A stretch of DNA of 57,196 nucleotides, counting the filler, from Catajapyx aquilonaris (taxonomy: Eukaryota), in the NCBI GenBank assembly GCA_000934665.2. It is 2 parts of 2 records of this genome, joined end to end, with 100 filler letters (N's around TTAATTAATTAA, not from the genome) between each part and the next. Parts side by side here need not be neighbours in the genome. Positions count along the whole stretch, not along the records: positions 28,604 to 57,196 come from JYFJ02004913.1; 1 more part is not named here. One strand, 5' to 3'. Made by a program: the position numbers and the translations under genes. The stretch's first letter is position 1, and each line of letters begins with the position of its first letter. The notes below the pieces were generated by a model, which had not been told where the DNA came from, made no database searches, and saw nothing but the letters and a program-made list of their open reading frames with translations. Positions 36,599 through 49,536 of the stretch are shown piece after piece.

Positions 36599-37801
36599 TA
36601 AGATATGCGATTGAAATCAGACTGCATGGTGTGGTGTGGATAGCACCACAGCCATCCACCTCTAAGGTCACAAGTTCATTCTCCGGATTGGACAGACGAC
36701 TGTCTCACATGGAAATAGTTTTGATGGTTACTCCGAGTTCACAGCGTATTTATTTGGTTTTACCTGAATGCAATCTATCTATAATATTAAAATCCTTGCG
36801 GGAGTTGGCCAAGCCCTCTGATTGGTCCGCCACATTTTGTTACCGCCACCTCTCCATTGGCCAGCGTTCTACTGATGCGCAATGGGATGTAAACAACTCC
36901 TCTGTTGGGTTGCCGGGGAAACTGTCCATTCCTTCTCTGTATTGTTGCCCAGTTGGCACTACTGTGAAGTTGTTTACAGAGTCAGTTCACTTTATGGAAA
37001 CGACAGACATATTCTCACTTCTCACTAATCGGGCCATTCAAAGACTGCTGGAGGGCTAATGTTACACCCTCCCCCGGCGCTCCTGGTGATATAGTGCGCC
37101 GAATAGGTACCCCAGGCCGCAGGCCTAGAAAGGAGCGAGTGGTTTTCTAGGCCTGCGCCCTAGGAAAATGCGAGCGGGGCGAGGGTTTTCCTATAAAACT
37201 TTAAATGGAATGACCGTATCATGTACAGAATTGACATGTGTGACATCACCCTATAAACAAGTTGACTCATCACCTAGGTAGTAGTAACCATAGATTTTCA
37301 CATTCCCCTTTAACAATGAGACGACAAATTATAGCAGTCAGAGGCGGTGGGCCCCACTTCAATGGAGGCGAGACTCATGCTGGTCATAGCGCCCTAGTGG
37401 ACTTTGTCCGTGCAGTGACTCATCACCAATGTGCATGTAGTACTACTTTCCCCCTAAGCGCAGCAGAAGGATAGCCTATGCGCCAACTGGTAGGGGCCTA
37501 TAGTACTACTTCCATGTGGGGGTGGGTAGGCCAAGCAGTGTTGCCAATATTTAACAATGGGTCCGCTACTAGTGTAAAGAGAGAAGGGAGTATGTGTGTA
37601 CACTATTCTTGTTCCACATTAACTTTGTTCCTAACCTTATTGAGTGTTGAATACTTATTTGAATTCATTAGATGTGTGTGACAACATTTTGTAGCGAAGG
37701 AAATGTAGTGATAATTATTATCCTGCTCAAAATATTACAACACTCACTGTGCTACGTTCTTTTAACAGTTGTAGTGATGCAAGACATTTTCTTCATTTCA
37801 G

Positions 37802-38135
37802 AGCATGCAGAGTATGCCGCTTATGGCGACAGGTGGCCCTGAACCCTACATTGTGGCACACAATAGACCTCTCTGCCCGTCGGGTCAGGGACAAGTTTAA
37901 AACAGAATTGAAGCTGGTGTGGCTTGTCCAGAACCGGTTCAGCCGTGTCCAGGAACTGAATCTTGGAGGCTGGAACCAGGCCTTGACCCTCCCTGCCCTT
38001 GAATTGATGGGCAGCACCTGCCATGACCTTAAGGGTCTCACCCTCACTGGATGTTGGAAACTCAGTGCTGAGAGTCTAAAAGTCCTCATTGAGAGATGCC
38101 CGGCCTTGTCCAAGCTGGACCTTGCCAATGTCACG
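37802..38135 (+). CDS. FBXL6: F-box/LRR-repeat protein 6, exon 2
   Basis: tttcAG|A..ACG|GTGAGA; ACRVCRLWRQVALNPTLWHTIDLS completes the F-box, followed by LRRs; frame continuous with exon 1. Confidence 0.92.
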
Positions 38136-38200
38136 GTGAGATTATTAGATTCTTTTACGCTCATTCATTTTACACTCAATCACCTTCATGAAGTGTAAAT

Positions 38201-38760
38201 ACGAGGGTTGATTCATAAGTCATGGCGTGTATTTTTAAATTAAAAAACGGTAACACATACAGAGATGACCTTTGTTGAGTTTTGAAGATCCGGTGAGTAC
38301 AATTTTATGTGGCATATAGATTCATATCGCAAGGGGGCTGGAAAACAAAAGGGGATCGTGACCCCTTCACTGCACCTTCGCCCTAAGACGGCCAGAGCCT
38401 GACACGCTTGGAGCTGTTGGATGCTGCCTGCGGGACACTCGGAGTTGGACTTGGACAACACAGGAGCTTGCTTTCGAGTGTGGGACAAGTCAGAGCACTA
38501 TGACCGGAGCCCTTCTTCATCCATCGCCACACACAGTTTAAAAAAACCATTGCCCTCAATGCGATAGAGTTCCAAGCGAGGGCAAAATGGCGGCACTTTT
38601 GCACCTCTAAGAGTTGGCGAGGAACCCATGAGGATGCCAACTTCCTGAGACCTTTCAGTCTTTCAGAGTCCTAGGCATAGTCCTCTGACTTGTCCCACAC
38701 TTGAAATTAAGTTCCATTGTTGTTCATCTCAGAGTGTCTTTGGCTGTTTTTCTAAAGCTA
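38201..38760. mobile_element. Mariner-like remnant (one TIR)
   Basis: TA|CGAGGGTTGATTCATAAGT terminus typical of mariners; second end not found. Confidence 0.4.
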
Positions 38761-38955
38761 TTGGCAGAAATATGGTACTCTAGAACCACATGCTGCGGTG
38801 TGATAGTAAAATCAGGGGAGACTACATTTTTAAAAATTCACATTTGGTAGCTGTACTTGCATGGCAGTATAAAGCAGAGTATGCTGGTACAGATTGGAGT
38901 TTGGCTACACGTCACATCAACCTGATGGCTGGTGCTCATTGTTAAACCCAATATA

Positions 38956-39640
38956 CAGGGTGGGGCAAAAGTCATGGGTAGATAAAAATGATGCAGCATG
39001 GAGTAAGTAACGAACGATTATATTTAAAAAAAATTACACTACACAGAAAGATATGCCATTTATGGATCAAGGTCCAAAAAAGTCCCTTCTTGAAAACAAC
39101 ACCGGATAGATGTCCACCTTTGCGGGCAGCACATTCCTCCAAGTGCCGGACGAAACCCTTCATAAGATGCTCCAGCATGTCCAGGGGAATGTTTCTCATG
39201 GTGTGCCTTATCTGATGCTTAAGATCGACGTGTGGTGAACACCCAACCATATTAAAAATGAAATGTTTCCGGGGGGGGGTGTGTCATTTCGAGATTTGGT
39301 CGCCGGATTTGACCACCCTCAACTTCTTCTTGCGGGGGTTCCTGAAGAGTTTGGTGTTCGCCACACGTCCTCAGTCATTGGCTGATCTTAAGGATCAGAT
39401 GACATTCCCCTGGACATGCTGGAGCATGTTATGAAGGGTTTCTTCCGGTGCTTGGAGGAATGTGTTGCCCGCAAAGGTGGACATCTATCCGGTGTTGTTT
39501 TCAAGAAGGGACTTTTTTGGACCTTGATCCGTAAATGGCATATCTTTCTCTGTGTAGTGTAATTTTTATTAAATATAATCGTGTGTTACTTACGCCATGC
39601 TGCGTCGTTTTTATCTGCCCATAACTGTTGCCCCACCCTG
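38956..39640. mobile_element. Tc1/mariner-superfamily fold-back element with ~235-bp inverted arms
   Basis: TA|CAGGGTGGGGCAA..TTGCCCCACCCTG|TA; interior encodes WSPDLTTLNFFLRGFLKSLVF..LADLK; both arms carry the transposase C-terminus (..EECAARKGGHL..). Confidence 0.9.
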
Positions 39641-39846
39641 TATTTGTAGTGTATGAAATTGCCATGAGTACAAGAAAGAAATAACATTATGACAATTAGT
39701 ATTTCCATGCAGGCCACCAGTCATGGCAATTACTGATAATATAAATTTTTAAAGCACTGTATACATATGTTGTTTTCCTGTAAATAATTCCAGTATGAGT
39801 AGTCCATTGCTATGCAAAGTTCAATTTGTCTTTCTACACTTTTCAG

Positions 39847-40155
39847 CCTCTGAGTGCAAATCCCCGCAGTGTTGTATCCCCTGTTGGCCTGTGTGAGCTC
39901 CTGTCTGCTGTGGGTCCACGCCTGACCCACCTGAGCCTGGCAAACAACTGCATGTCAGGGCTGCCCCAAGTGATCCAGGCCTTGTCCAGGCACTGTCCCT
40001 GCCTCACCTTCCTTGATCTGTCCAACTTGAGGTCCACAACTCGCAACATTGTATCAATCAATATTGAGTGCCTGCAGGCTGGATGCTGTAAACTGCAGGT
40101 CCTGCGACTCACCAACAGCATGATTCACCTTGCATCAACACCTCTGAAAGCACAG
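39847..40155 (+). CDS. FBXL6: F-box/LRR-repeat protein 6, exon 3
   Basis: tttcAG|CCT..CAG|GTTAGT; LRRs RLTHLSLANN, CPCLTFLDLSN, LQAGCCKLQVLRLTN. Confidence 0.92.
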
Positions 40156-40799
40156 GTTAGTTTGCTGACCAGTGGCAGTTACAAGTGGACTTGCAAAATG
40201 AAATTGACAAAGCACCCATGACATGATATTGCAGAGCTGGGGCTGTGAGAGATATATTTCGGGTTGCAAATGTTAGAAAATGTTTATTCTTACACATTTG
40301 TTGCTTGGGAGATGCGTGCCAGTCAAGTATTTCCAGTACATGGACCAGAAGGGGTCTTCCAATATGTTACATAAGTTGATTGAAAGTCATGTCATGTTTT
40401 TACTTCAAACGGCAAAACCATTACTATGTTGATCTTGGTTGAACTCTGTAGGTATTGAGCAATGCCAAATGACTATCTTTGATGGTTCCTGGGCATTGTA
40501 CTTACATATCCCTTGATAAGGCCAGGAAGAAAGCAAGCGATGATATTCCTCCTGTCATTTCATGAAGGTAGGGAAAGGTCGCGTGAATGGGAGGGATGGT
40601 GGGAGGTGGGAAAATAATTTGAAGACTGCCTTTGGGGGTCACCAGCACAAAACATTGGGAAGCACTGTGATACTGCCATACCCTGTGTGAAATTTTTTGG
40701 ATCATGATTTGCCTTTTCACCTAAAGGAATGGCATGGCAGGTTACTGACAGCAGTTGCCAGATTCTGAATAATATTTGTGACATGTGTTGTGTTTTTAG

Positions 40800-41170
40800 G
40801 TGGGATCACCAGGCTTTCCTGATCTGGAAGAGATAAGCATAGCAGTGGATGGGAAGGGCTATTTTTCGGGCATGGATGACTCATCAGTGGAACGTGTGCT
40901 GAAGACTTCCCACAAGCTGCGGCTGCTGGATGTGCGTGGCTGTGCACGCATTTCTGATTCTGGACTAGTTCGGGTCCCTGCTTGGGATCTTGAGCATCTC
41001 TTCCTGTCAGGGTGCTATGCCACCAAGAGCTCCAGTGATGGACTGGAGCTGATCATCCGCAAGTGGAGGCACAGTCTGGTAGAGGTCGATCTCTCTTGGA
41101 CCTCTGCTACCCAGGCACTTGACTTGGCTGTCAGTGCATTGGCTGAAGATGGGGATGAGTCTCCTCTCAG
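40800..41170 (+). CDS. FBXL6: F-box/LRR-repeat protein 6, exon 4
   Basis: ttttAG|GTG..AG|GTAAAG; SPGFPDLEEISIA, KLRLLDVRGCARIS, KWRHSLVEVDLSW. Confidence 0.92.
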
Positions 41171-41306
41171 GTAAAGGAAGCATCGAAAATGTGGATATCT
41201 GCTTAAGTTAACAATTGCAGTGGCAATCCTGGCTTCCACTGTACCCCTTTTTTAAAGTAATGCAGTGGCACATTCCATATTGTAAAAGCCACATGGTGTC
41301 TGTTAA

Positions 41307-41843
41307 CCCTCTGGCCGCTGATCCATCCTAGACAGATAGGAATTTTGAGAATTTTTTGTGGAAATTCTGTACATCATAAATTAATGCGAATTTCACCATA
41401 TTCACAAGCAAAGAATGCAGAATGCATCACAAACATCACATGCTCAAGTGCTTTGTCAGACTTTTTCTTATGACGTCATCATCTGGCAGCCATATTGGAA
41501 AAAGTTATATGCACAATGGTAGAGATTATATTATGAAGTCTAGCTCAATTCTCAGAGTTTAGTAATGAGTTAGATCGGGTTCTAAGCAATATTTTGCATA
41601 TAATAGTTTTTAAATCCCATATACTTCACCACTACTTTTTTTCTGACCCTAGTAGATGCGTAGATAATAGTTATAGGTGTTATGCTATGCACGGCCTAGA
41701 GTTGGCAGGAGCAGCCACACAATGCGGTTCAAATGATATATGCTGCATGAGGCTAACATGAGAAGTTGGCGAGATATGGAATTTTTAAAAATATGGTTAA
41801 GTTATTAATGAGTCATATGGGAGAAGGACCGGCAGCCAGAGGG
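41307..41843. mobile_element. piggyBac-type non-autonomous element in FBXL6 intron 4
   Basis: TTAA|CCCTCTGGCCGCTGATCC .. GGACCGGCAGCCAGAGGG|TTAA. Confidence 0.85.
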
Positions 41844-42062
41844 TTAAGACTATGCTAAACATAGACATGCATGTGAGGTCTCTCACATAGTGAGAATACA
41901 TTTATGAAGTGATCTTGCCGTAAATTTTCTCAATAATGAAACAATATTTTTAAAGCAAACCTTTGTAAAACTCTATTGTAACTCTGAGTGTCTTCCATCA
42001 AGGACAGCCTTACTGCTGGTGTAACAGTAATATGAAACATTCCTTCTTTTTCACCCCATCAG

Positions 42063-42384
42063 GAGCTTGGACCTCTGTGGCTCCTCCGTGAGCTTTGACC
42101 CAGTGAAGCGAGTCCTTATTACTTGCCGCCACCTAGCAACTCTGAACCTTTCATCATGCCGTGCCCTCCCCCGAGGTCTCAAGCGTCTCTATCAAGGGGC
42201 AGAAGAGGTTGCCCAGCTGAGGGCATCAGTGACTGGAGGAAGGTTTGATAGCTCTGAAGAGGAAGAGGAAGCAGTGAGAAAAGTGGAGGCAGAAGCAGTG
42301 GTGGTGGCACCAGGTGCTGCAGCCCCTGCTGAAATGCCCGTAGAAGACGGGCTCAGTACCATAGAAGAGGGAAGTAGGGCTTAA
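42063..42384 (+). CDS. FBXL6: F-box/LRR-repeat protein 6, exon 5 (stop)
   Basis: catcAG|G AGC TTG GAC; LDLCGSSV..LNLSSCRALPRGLKRLY; total CDS 2187 nt = 728 aa. Confidence 0.92.
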
Positions 42385-43667
42385 ATTAGTGGGCAGCAGA
42401 GTGCAAGGGGCACAAAACGAAAGCGCCTTATGGTCATTGCTGGTGGATTCGGGACATTGGGTTTTGTTTAATAGTACAGATTTTTATTGGTAATGTGTCT
42501 TTTTGGCACCCTCCCAGTGAATTTTGCACTGTGATATTTAAAAGACACCCCTTCCCCCCTGGGGGTTCCAAGGCAATGATCAATAGGGTTGCATGAGGAT
42601 GAGATTAATGGTTGTAATCAGTGCCCCTTGGCATGGACAATCCAATCTCGGTCAGAGAGGCTGGAATTGCAAAAAGTTACAAAAAAAATTACACCCTCCC
42701 CACCCTACTTGGAAAACAGGGTCTGACAGGCCCCGTTGTTTTACGTTCAAAATTTTTCACAATTGGCAACACTGCCCACTGCCCTGTGCGAGTTATGCAT
42801 GCGTGAAGGTTACATGAGTGAGTACGTGAGTGTGTACCTCTGTGTCTGTTTGAATGGTGTGCGAGTGAGATTCATTTGAAAAGTACAACTGAAGATTTTT
42901 GGGAGGGAGAGTTTTGCGGTCATATTAATAGAATATTAAAGGCTCATGGTGCTTGGGACTAGGGGAGGATCATTTTATTTGGTTTACTATTTGGAACAAG
43001 TGCTAAAAAAAATTCTACATGATCATGTACAGTAAATCAAGTCACATTAATTGTATAGTATAGCGAAGGAAGAAATGAAAAAAAACACACACACACACAC
43101 ATCAAGAAGGTCCCAAAATCACTTACCCTCGAGCTTCACTGTGAATCACGCAAAGGATTCTTTCTAGGATTGTTGTCAGCTCCAATCACGATGATTCTGG
43201 CGAGGATGTTCCAAATGATAGATGAAATAGGGAAATTCGGCTGTTTTGCCAAATTGTATCCCCAAATGAGGATTATGGGTTTGAAAATGACTTCTTTTTT
43301 TAAAAAAATTTGAATGTTGTATGGCGACTGAAAGCGTCAGGATTTTGTTAGGATTTTTTTCTGGCAATGTTAGAAAATGCTCATTTTTTTGAGTTGCTTT
43401 TTGTTCATTGAAAGTAATATTCCATAAGATAAATGATCATGCAACCCTGTTTGCACAACGGGGCAATGCAATGGGAAACCTCTGATTTACACACATTAAC
43501 TCCATTCATATCAATTTTAGTGGACAATTTGCAACCGTAAAACATTGCCTATCATCTGTCATTTCCATAAAAGATTTTAATTACAGGATTTAAAATACTG
43601 GTATCACATTCTGTGAAGTTGGAAAAATTTTATTTACAAATCAATGTTCAGTTGGGGATCTAAATAG

Positions 43668-44417
43668 CAGGGGTCGAAATATTCGGATGCAAAGGTGCAA
43701 TTTGCACTCCATAATAATTGTCATCTGCACTCCAAACTGAGCCTTGGAGTGCAAACTTTGCACTCCAATTGGCTCTGCTTTTAAACATGGCTATACCCAG
43801 TAATTAAAAATTAAGCACTCCAAGTAAGCGATTTGCACTCCAGATTAAGGGGGCGCAGTACCCTCAAAAAATACGGTAACAATGTGAGCCCTTGGCGACG
43901 ACCTAAACAAACTCGCTTATGCATGGGCAGCATGTGGGGATTCGACATGTCTACATTTCTGTGGCCTTACGGCCGCAAAAATGGGTTCAATCAACATAGA
44001 AATTGCATCAAAAAATAGTAGATGATCTGGCGTAGGGTGCCTAGTTCATCTTTTTTTCATTTTCGTCCTAAAAGTGACATTTAGGACGAGTTGAAGTGGG
44101 TGGAAAACGACACTTTCGAAAAGTCCATTTGAATAATATGGCGGCAGAAATCGCGTGAAAATCGGACACATTTCTATGGGCGTATGTCCACTATTTTAAT
44201 GCAATCATGTCGAGTATGGTAACATTGTAAAGGCCAAACCTTTTCGCAGGTGCCCTAGTTAGTGTTTTTCCACATTTTAATAATGGCGCATTTCGCCACA
44301 AAAAAATAAAGTTCCCTCAAAAACGCGACTACCGGTACTGTATTTTTACTACTGCACCGCCTTAAAGTCTGGGGTGCAAACTTTGCATCTGGACAAAATA
44401 TTAAAATTAGACCCCTG
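43668..44417. mobile_element. hAT-like non-autonomous element with 6-bp TSD, containing a nested insertion
   Basis: aaatag|CAGGGGTCGAA..TTAGACCCCTG|aaatag; repeated ttgcactcc subterminal motif. Confidence 0.7.
43849..44361. mobile_element. Kolobok-like non-autonomous element nested in the hAT-like element
   Basis: TTAA|GGGGGCGCAGTA..TACTGCACCGCC|TTAA (TTAA TSD with RR termini, TIR match 10/12). Confidence 0.65.
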
Positions 44418-47400
44418 AAATAGGCAAAGAAGTTTCACTCTTTCTTGAACATTATAGGGAACAACTTTGTCAAAAATTATAGTGATGGGAGCTGATAATA
44501 ATCATGGGAGGGGATCCTTTTAAACATAGGTAGCCATTGTTTATTGGGTTATTGACAAACACTGAATTGGTAGTGATGCTGAGAGGCACAACATTTTTTT
44601 GACTTTTAACGAGCTTCGAATAGATTCTGAGTGACAGACCCATATTTCCATACATGTTTTAATGTCTATCTCTCTCTCTCTCTTTTATATATGTAAAACG
44701 AAAAATGGGGGATAGGTAAGTGAAGTGTGGACACTCTTTGATCTCGATGGCTCTTTGTACAGTTATTTTTTTAGAAAAAATATAGAGGGACATTATATGA
44801 AAAGGGAGGGCTGATTTGTACAGACTAACAAAAAAAATTATTATAATTACAAGGAGGCAACTTCAGGTGTGGCCTCCGAATTGTGCCCATGACAACTGTT
44901 GTTAAGAGTTGTCTCATGTATTGTAGTAGTAATATACTAAGTAAGGAGAGGAGGCATTCTTGTGGAGGCAGCTGGCGTTTTTACATTTTGTTCATTTTGT
45001 AAAAAAAAAAATAAGGAAAAACGTTATTTACCTAGGTTCCCTTCTCAAGAAACCTTTCCCTCCCCCTACCCCGTAGCAGAAGGTGCTTATTTTATGTTTG
45101 AAGATTGCCAGAAAGTACAATTGGGATATTTTATTACTGCTATCATGTGTTTGCAAGTTTTTTTAATCTACATATATAAATAGTGTATATTATTATGAGT
45201 AAGGGTAGTAATATTTGAGGAATGAATAACATGTTGGTAGATTGGCTGGCTATTGTAAAACTCCAAGGTGGGGCAATCTGAATGGGACTAGAGAAATTGG
45301 TTACTGAAATAGATCTGAATCTGCCTCGGGAAATTTTGAGACACCCGTGGAGCTGGGTCCTGGACTTGTTGTGTCAGAAATCACAGATCAGCCATGAATT
45401 TTCTTAATTTTATTTTTTTGGTGCCAAAGATATAACTTTTCAAGTTTCAGTGACTTATAATAATTGGTGTGATTCCCTGCCAGAAATTATCTGGAAGCTA
45501 TGACCAGGCTTTTTAAAAACAGGATATTTATTGTACAATGATTGATAATAATGTGAAACAAATTTCACATTTTGAATACAATATCCAGCTCAATGCAAGC
45601 CTGTGGCTTGGTCTGCGATTACTGCACAAACAATTATTGCAATTTGTCATTTTGCATTTGAAGGACTCAACATGTGTTCTCACCGCTTGGTATCATATCC
45701 TATGTTTTTGAAGTGCAGGCAATGTTATGATGGTAATTGCTCAGCCTTGTAAACAGGAAATAGCATTGTAGCATGCGAGTGCAAAAAATGCATCTTGGAA
45801 TTCAAGTAGTTGTTGATGCCATGTGGTTTGTAACCACACTGAAAGGGATGCAGTGCCAAGGGTCCAGTTTCTCAAGAAATTTTTGTTTAAAGCAGTTATC
45901 AGGATCATGGAAAAATATGTGGAGTATTTTATGAAGCCAGTGGTGGTCAAGTTCATGATGGTTCATGTTTGTTGGAATATTTCCCAACTGAAGTATCCAT
46001 TCCAAACCATCCCATGAAGTTCAAACTGCCATTTTACAATTTATCTAAACTAATTTTGTAAAGTACATTTTAAATAACTCGATTAATGACATTGAACCAA
46101 TGTTTTTCAACATTCTTTCTAAGGAATAACTTTCCTTCAACTTGTCTGTTGTAATAATCGTTGAATCCCAGTGAATGATTTTTAATTATGTTCTACTTAA
46201 CAGAAACCTGTGCAAGGTAGAAAATATTTGCATAATGTATCGAATTCATTTTAAGGTTGCACTGCATGTCCTCGAATTAGGTACTGCATCAGGCTAAAGT
46301 ATTGAGATTTTGACTTTTTCTTTCGGTCAATATTAACTCAATCTTTGTGTTTGCAAAAGCACTATGCCTCTTAAAAATGATGATAAGTCTGTTGACGAAA
46401 GAATTACATTGTGTCAAGTATTGACGAAACAAAGTTCCAGTCATGTTGACCCAGGAAATGGTTGTGCGTCCCCTCAGATAAAGATGACCAAAAGTTAAAG
46501 CATGTAAGAAGGTTGCCCCACCTTTTCAGTGTGGAAGATATTGGGAAGCATGAAACAATGGGTAGCTTGAAAGGGGAGTTTGAAAACATAACCAGCATTT
46601 AAAAAGATTGAAGTCAGTGAAAGCTCCTTGGAATGGGAAGGAGCTGAGTACAGTTAGGCTGTAGCAAGTCGTGAGTGCTGTATTTTTGTGAAGATACTGT
46701 CGTAAATAATCTCTCCTGTAGTTGGTAAGGCAAAAAATTCCAAATACGTACACAGTGTTTTTCCCCCCCGTCTCACATTTTGCTTGTACTCTTTCTCGTT
46801 TATTGTTGTCATAATTGTTACTATGAGACTTTTTAACATGCCAGCCAACTTGCCCTTTTTCCTGGCGTTTTCACAAGTAGGTTGTTGCTTATGTCAGGTT
46901 TTGCACTTGGGTTGTTAGTAGCAGTTGTCATTGACAGGCTAGTCTGTTAATTTGGAAAGGAACAGTGATGAACACTTTGCGTCCATCAGTACTCCATGAA
47001 AACAACAGACCTGCAATTTATACAATTAAGCTATTGAATTCCACGAGAATTTTTCGAATCTAGGGATGCTTTGAACATCTGAAGAAAAAGGCCATTTCTT
47101 ATAAAAACGTTTTTTTTACAAGTATTTCTAGACATAACCTGTCACTGCTCCATTTCTCAAGGTTTTGTTACATTATGCGTCCCTTCAACATGCAAGTAAT
47201 TCCTTTACCGGTGTTCCGAGGTGGTCTGTTTCTTTAAAGCTTATGAGTTGCGATTAGAAACATTGGTAGAAAAGGCATGAAAATATCTGTCGGGTACGTT
47301 AAAATTGTAGTTGAATCAGTCAATAAGTTTAGTCACTCATTGCTTATGTTACGTAGCAGTGTCAAAGTTGATTGGGTTCAATATCACAAAAGGTGATGAG

Positions 47401-48250
47401 ATTGCAAATGACTTAGAAGCCTGGTAGAATGGGTTTAAGCAGCAAGCAAGAGTTGGTGGCAATGGTATAGGAAGTGTCTTTTGACGTGGAAGGGGGGCAT
47501 GGGAGAGTTGGCTCCAAATACATGTATAGTAAGTACTGCGTGGAAGGGACATATGTCCAGTTGAGTTTGACTAGTTGAACCAAATCAAAATGAAAGTTTT
47601 TTGGCGGGCAAGGTGCTGCCCACATTGAGAGAGTAAAGATGAAAGAAAGCGAAAAGAAAAGGGAGGGGGAAAAAAAAGAACCCTTGGTCATGTAGGTATG
47701 GAAAAGCATTGCCTTGAAAACCTGAAAATGTGTAGTATAATATAAACTCCAGTTTGTCGAGATGGATGGCTTTCCATGTTATAATTATGATTGTATTGTA
47801 AACAACTTGGTTGACCTATCAATGGACTGTTGTACCTCTTTGGGGCAATATATATTTTTATTTTACTTGTCTGCCTTGATTATGAGGAATGTGCACATCA
47901 CTTGTATTTTATAAGTAATGTATTTTATACTGTACATAGGATCAAATTGTAGCTCACTGTTAATGACTATTTGCCAAATTAAATTGTTGTATCTCACCTG
48001 TATGCATTTAGCTGTGTCACTTCTCGATAGTTGTTCTTGAACAAATTATTATTGCAGTTGTTGCTGCTTCTAACATTGTCCATAAGTAATGCCAAATTAA
48101 GTACTACTGATCATGAGGAAGTACTTTCTAAGAATCAATCGAGCCAAGGTATTGTTTCAGGTAATAATAGTTTATTATTGAGCTAACAATGAAGATTTAG
48201 TGCCATATTTTCTGTAACAATGTCCTTTTATGTAGAGTCATTCTCTTGAT

Positions 48251-48654
48251 TCATTCCACAGAACCTTGGTTATAGACATGAAGTGCAATTTTGGTGTGCA
48301 GGGAATGATTGTGCTTAGGAAACACCTGTGCTCTCCAGATGCCATGATCCATTAGGGATGTATGTGACACCCTCAGCCTGCAGAATCCATCCTCAAACCC
48401 TTCTTCTTCAGCCCCTTGGCTGTAGGCATACCGCCCATCATCTTGAGTGTCAGATCTTCTCTGGAATTGGATGTCCTGACCCTGAGGACCAAGCCAGCGG
48501 CACACCACAACTTCACGGTTCACTCGCACCCACAGGTCAGCTCGGGAACCGTCTCTTGCTTCCACAGATTTGCTTTGGTCCACTATTCGCACTGGGGTTT
48601 CAGGAGGTGGGGTGGTTGGGTCTGGTGTTGGAGTCATAGTTGTTGGTTGCTCCC
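48251..48654 (-). CDS. Secreted two-Ig-domain protein B, exon 3 (Thr/Pro linker, Ig domain 2, stop)
   Basis: ctgcAG|GG GAG CAA, phase 1; VCRWLGPQG..GFCRLRV..DHGIWRA; AATAAA at 48171-76 on -. Confidence 0.8.
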
Positions 48655-48807
48655 CTGCAGACAGATTATTATCATTGTAATTAAAATGCAAAATGGCCAG
48701 TTCTTTTGTCAAACAGTACTTATTAATAATTACTACTGTTATATTAACTGCCCTCCGTCAAGTAGGTGCTGTTTTGACAAGTACATGCAGATAACAGAAA
48801 TACTCAC

Positions 48808-49137
48808 TGTAAACATGGAGCATGATAGTGTCGAAGTTGTATCGATGCCTGTCTCCAGAGTACAGGCGGCACGACCACAACCCACGGTCCCTGCTTTCAA
48901 CTTTGGGAAGAGTGACGCTGCATTTTCCAACATATGTAAAATGGCGGTGATATTCCTTAACCACCTTGCCACCTTCTAAAATGGCAGTCTGGTCCCGAGG
49001 ACCTTTGAATTCACACCATTCATTTTCTTCAGAGGAAGAAGAATCTTCATGGTGGTGGTGCTGCAGGAGACCGCTTCCATATTGGCAAGTCAGGGTGACG
49101 TCTGAACCTTCGTAGGCATCCACTCTTTGCATAGACT
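48808..49137 (-). CDS. Secreted two-Ig-domain protein B, exon 2 (Ig domain 1, Fasciclin-3-like Cys pattern)
   Basis: Phase 1-1 exon; EGSDVTLTC..WCEFKGP..GKCSVTLPKVESRDRGLWSC. Confidence 0.85.
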
Positions 49138-49280
49138 CTAGTTTAAAAAAATTTAAAATCAAATGTGAACCTTTACAGCTAGTTCTGCCCTGTGTCAAGC
49201 TCATGGTTTGCATAATGCAAGGTCATTTTAGGTCATATTAGTAATTTCCAATTCAACTCTAATTAAATGTGATGACTTAC

Positions 49281-49347
49281 TTGCTGGAGTCAAGGTCAGG
49301 ATCAAAAGGAGGACTGCAACAGAAACATGAACCAAAGTGACACCCAT
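49281..49347 (-). CDS. Secreted two-Ig-domain protein B, exon 1 (signal peptide; not in the ORF track)
   Basis: accATGg; MGVTLVHVSVAVLLLILTLTPA then A|GTAAGT, phase 1; total CDS 801 nt = 266 aa. Confidence 0.8.
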
Positions 49348-49536
49348 GGTGATGCTCTGATAGGAGTGAAGGAATGTTACACCAACACCCACCTTTTAAC
49401 AGGATCTTGATTGCTATCAATACCTGTGGGGGAAAAAACAACCTATCAATCAAACGTGATTGAATATGCGTCAAACTTTATTATCTTACAGGTGTTAAAG
49501 GTCACACTCAAGTCAGTATCAGGGGATTATAATCGT

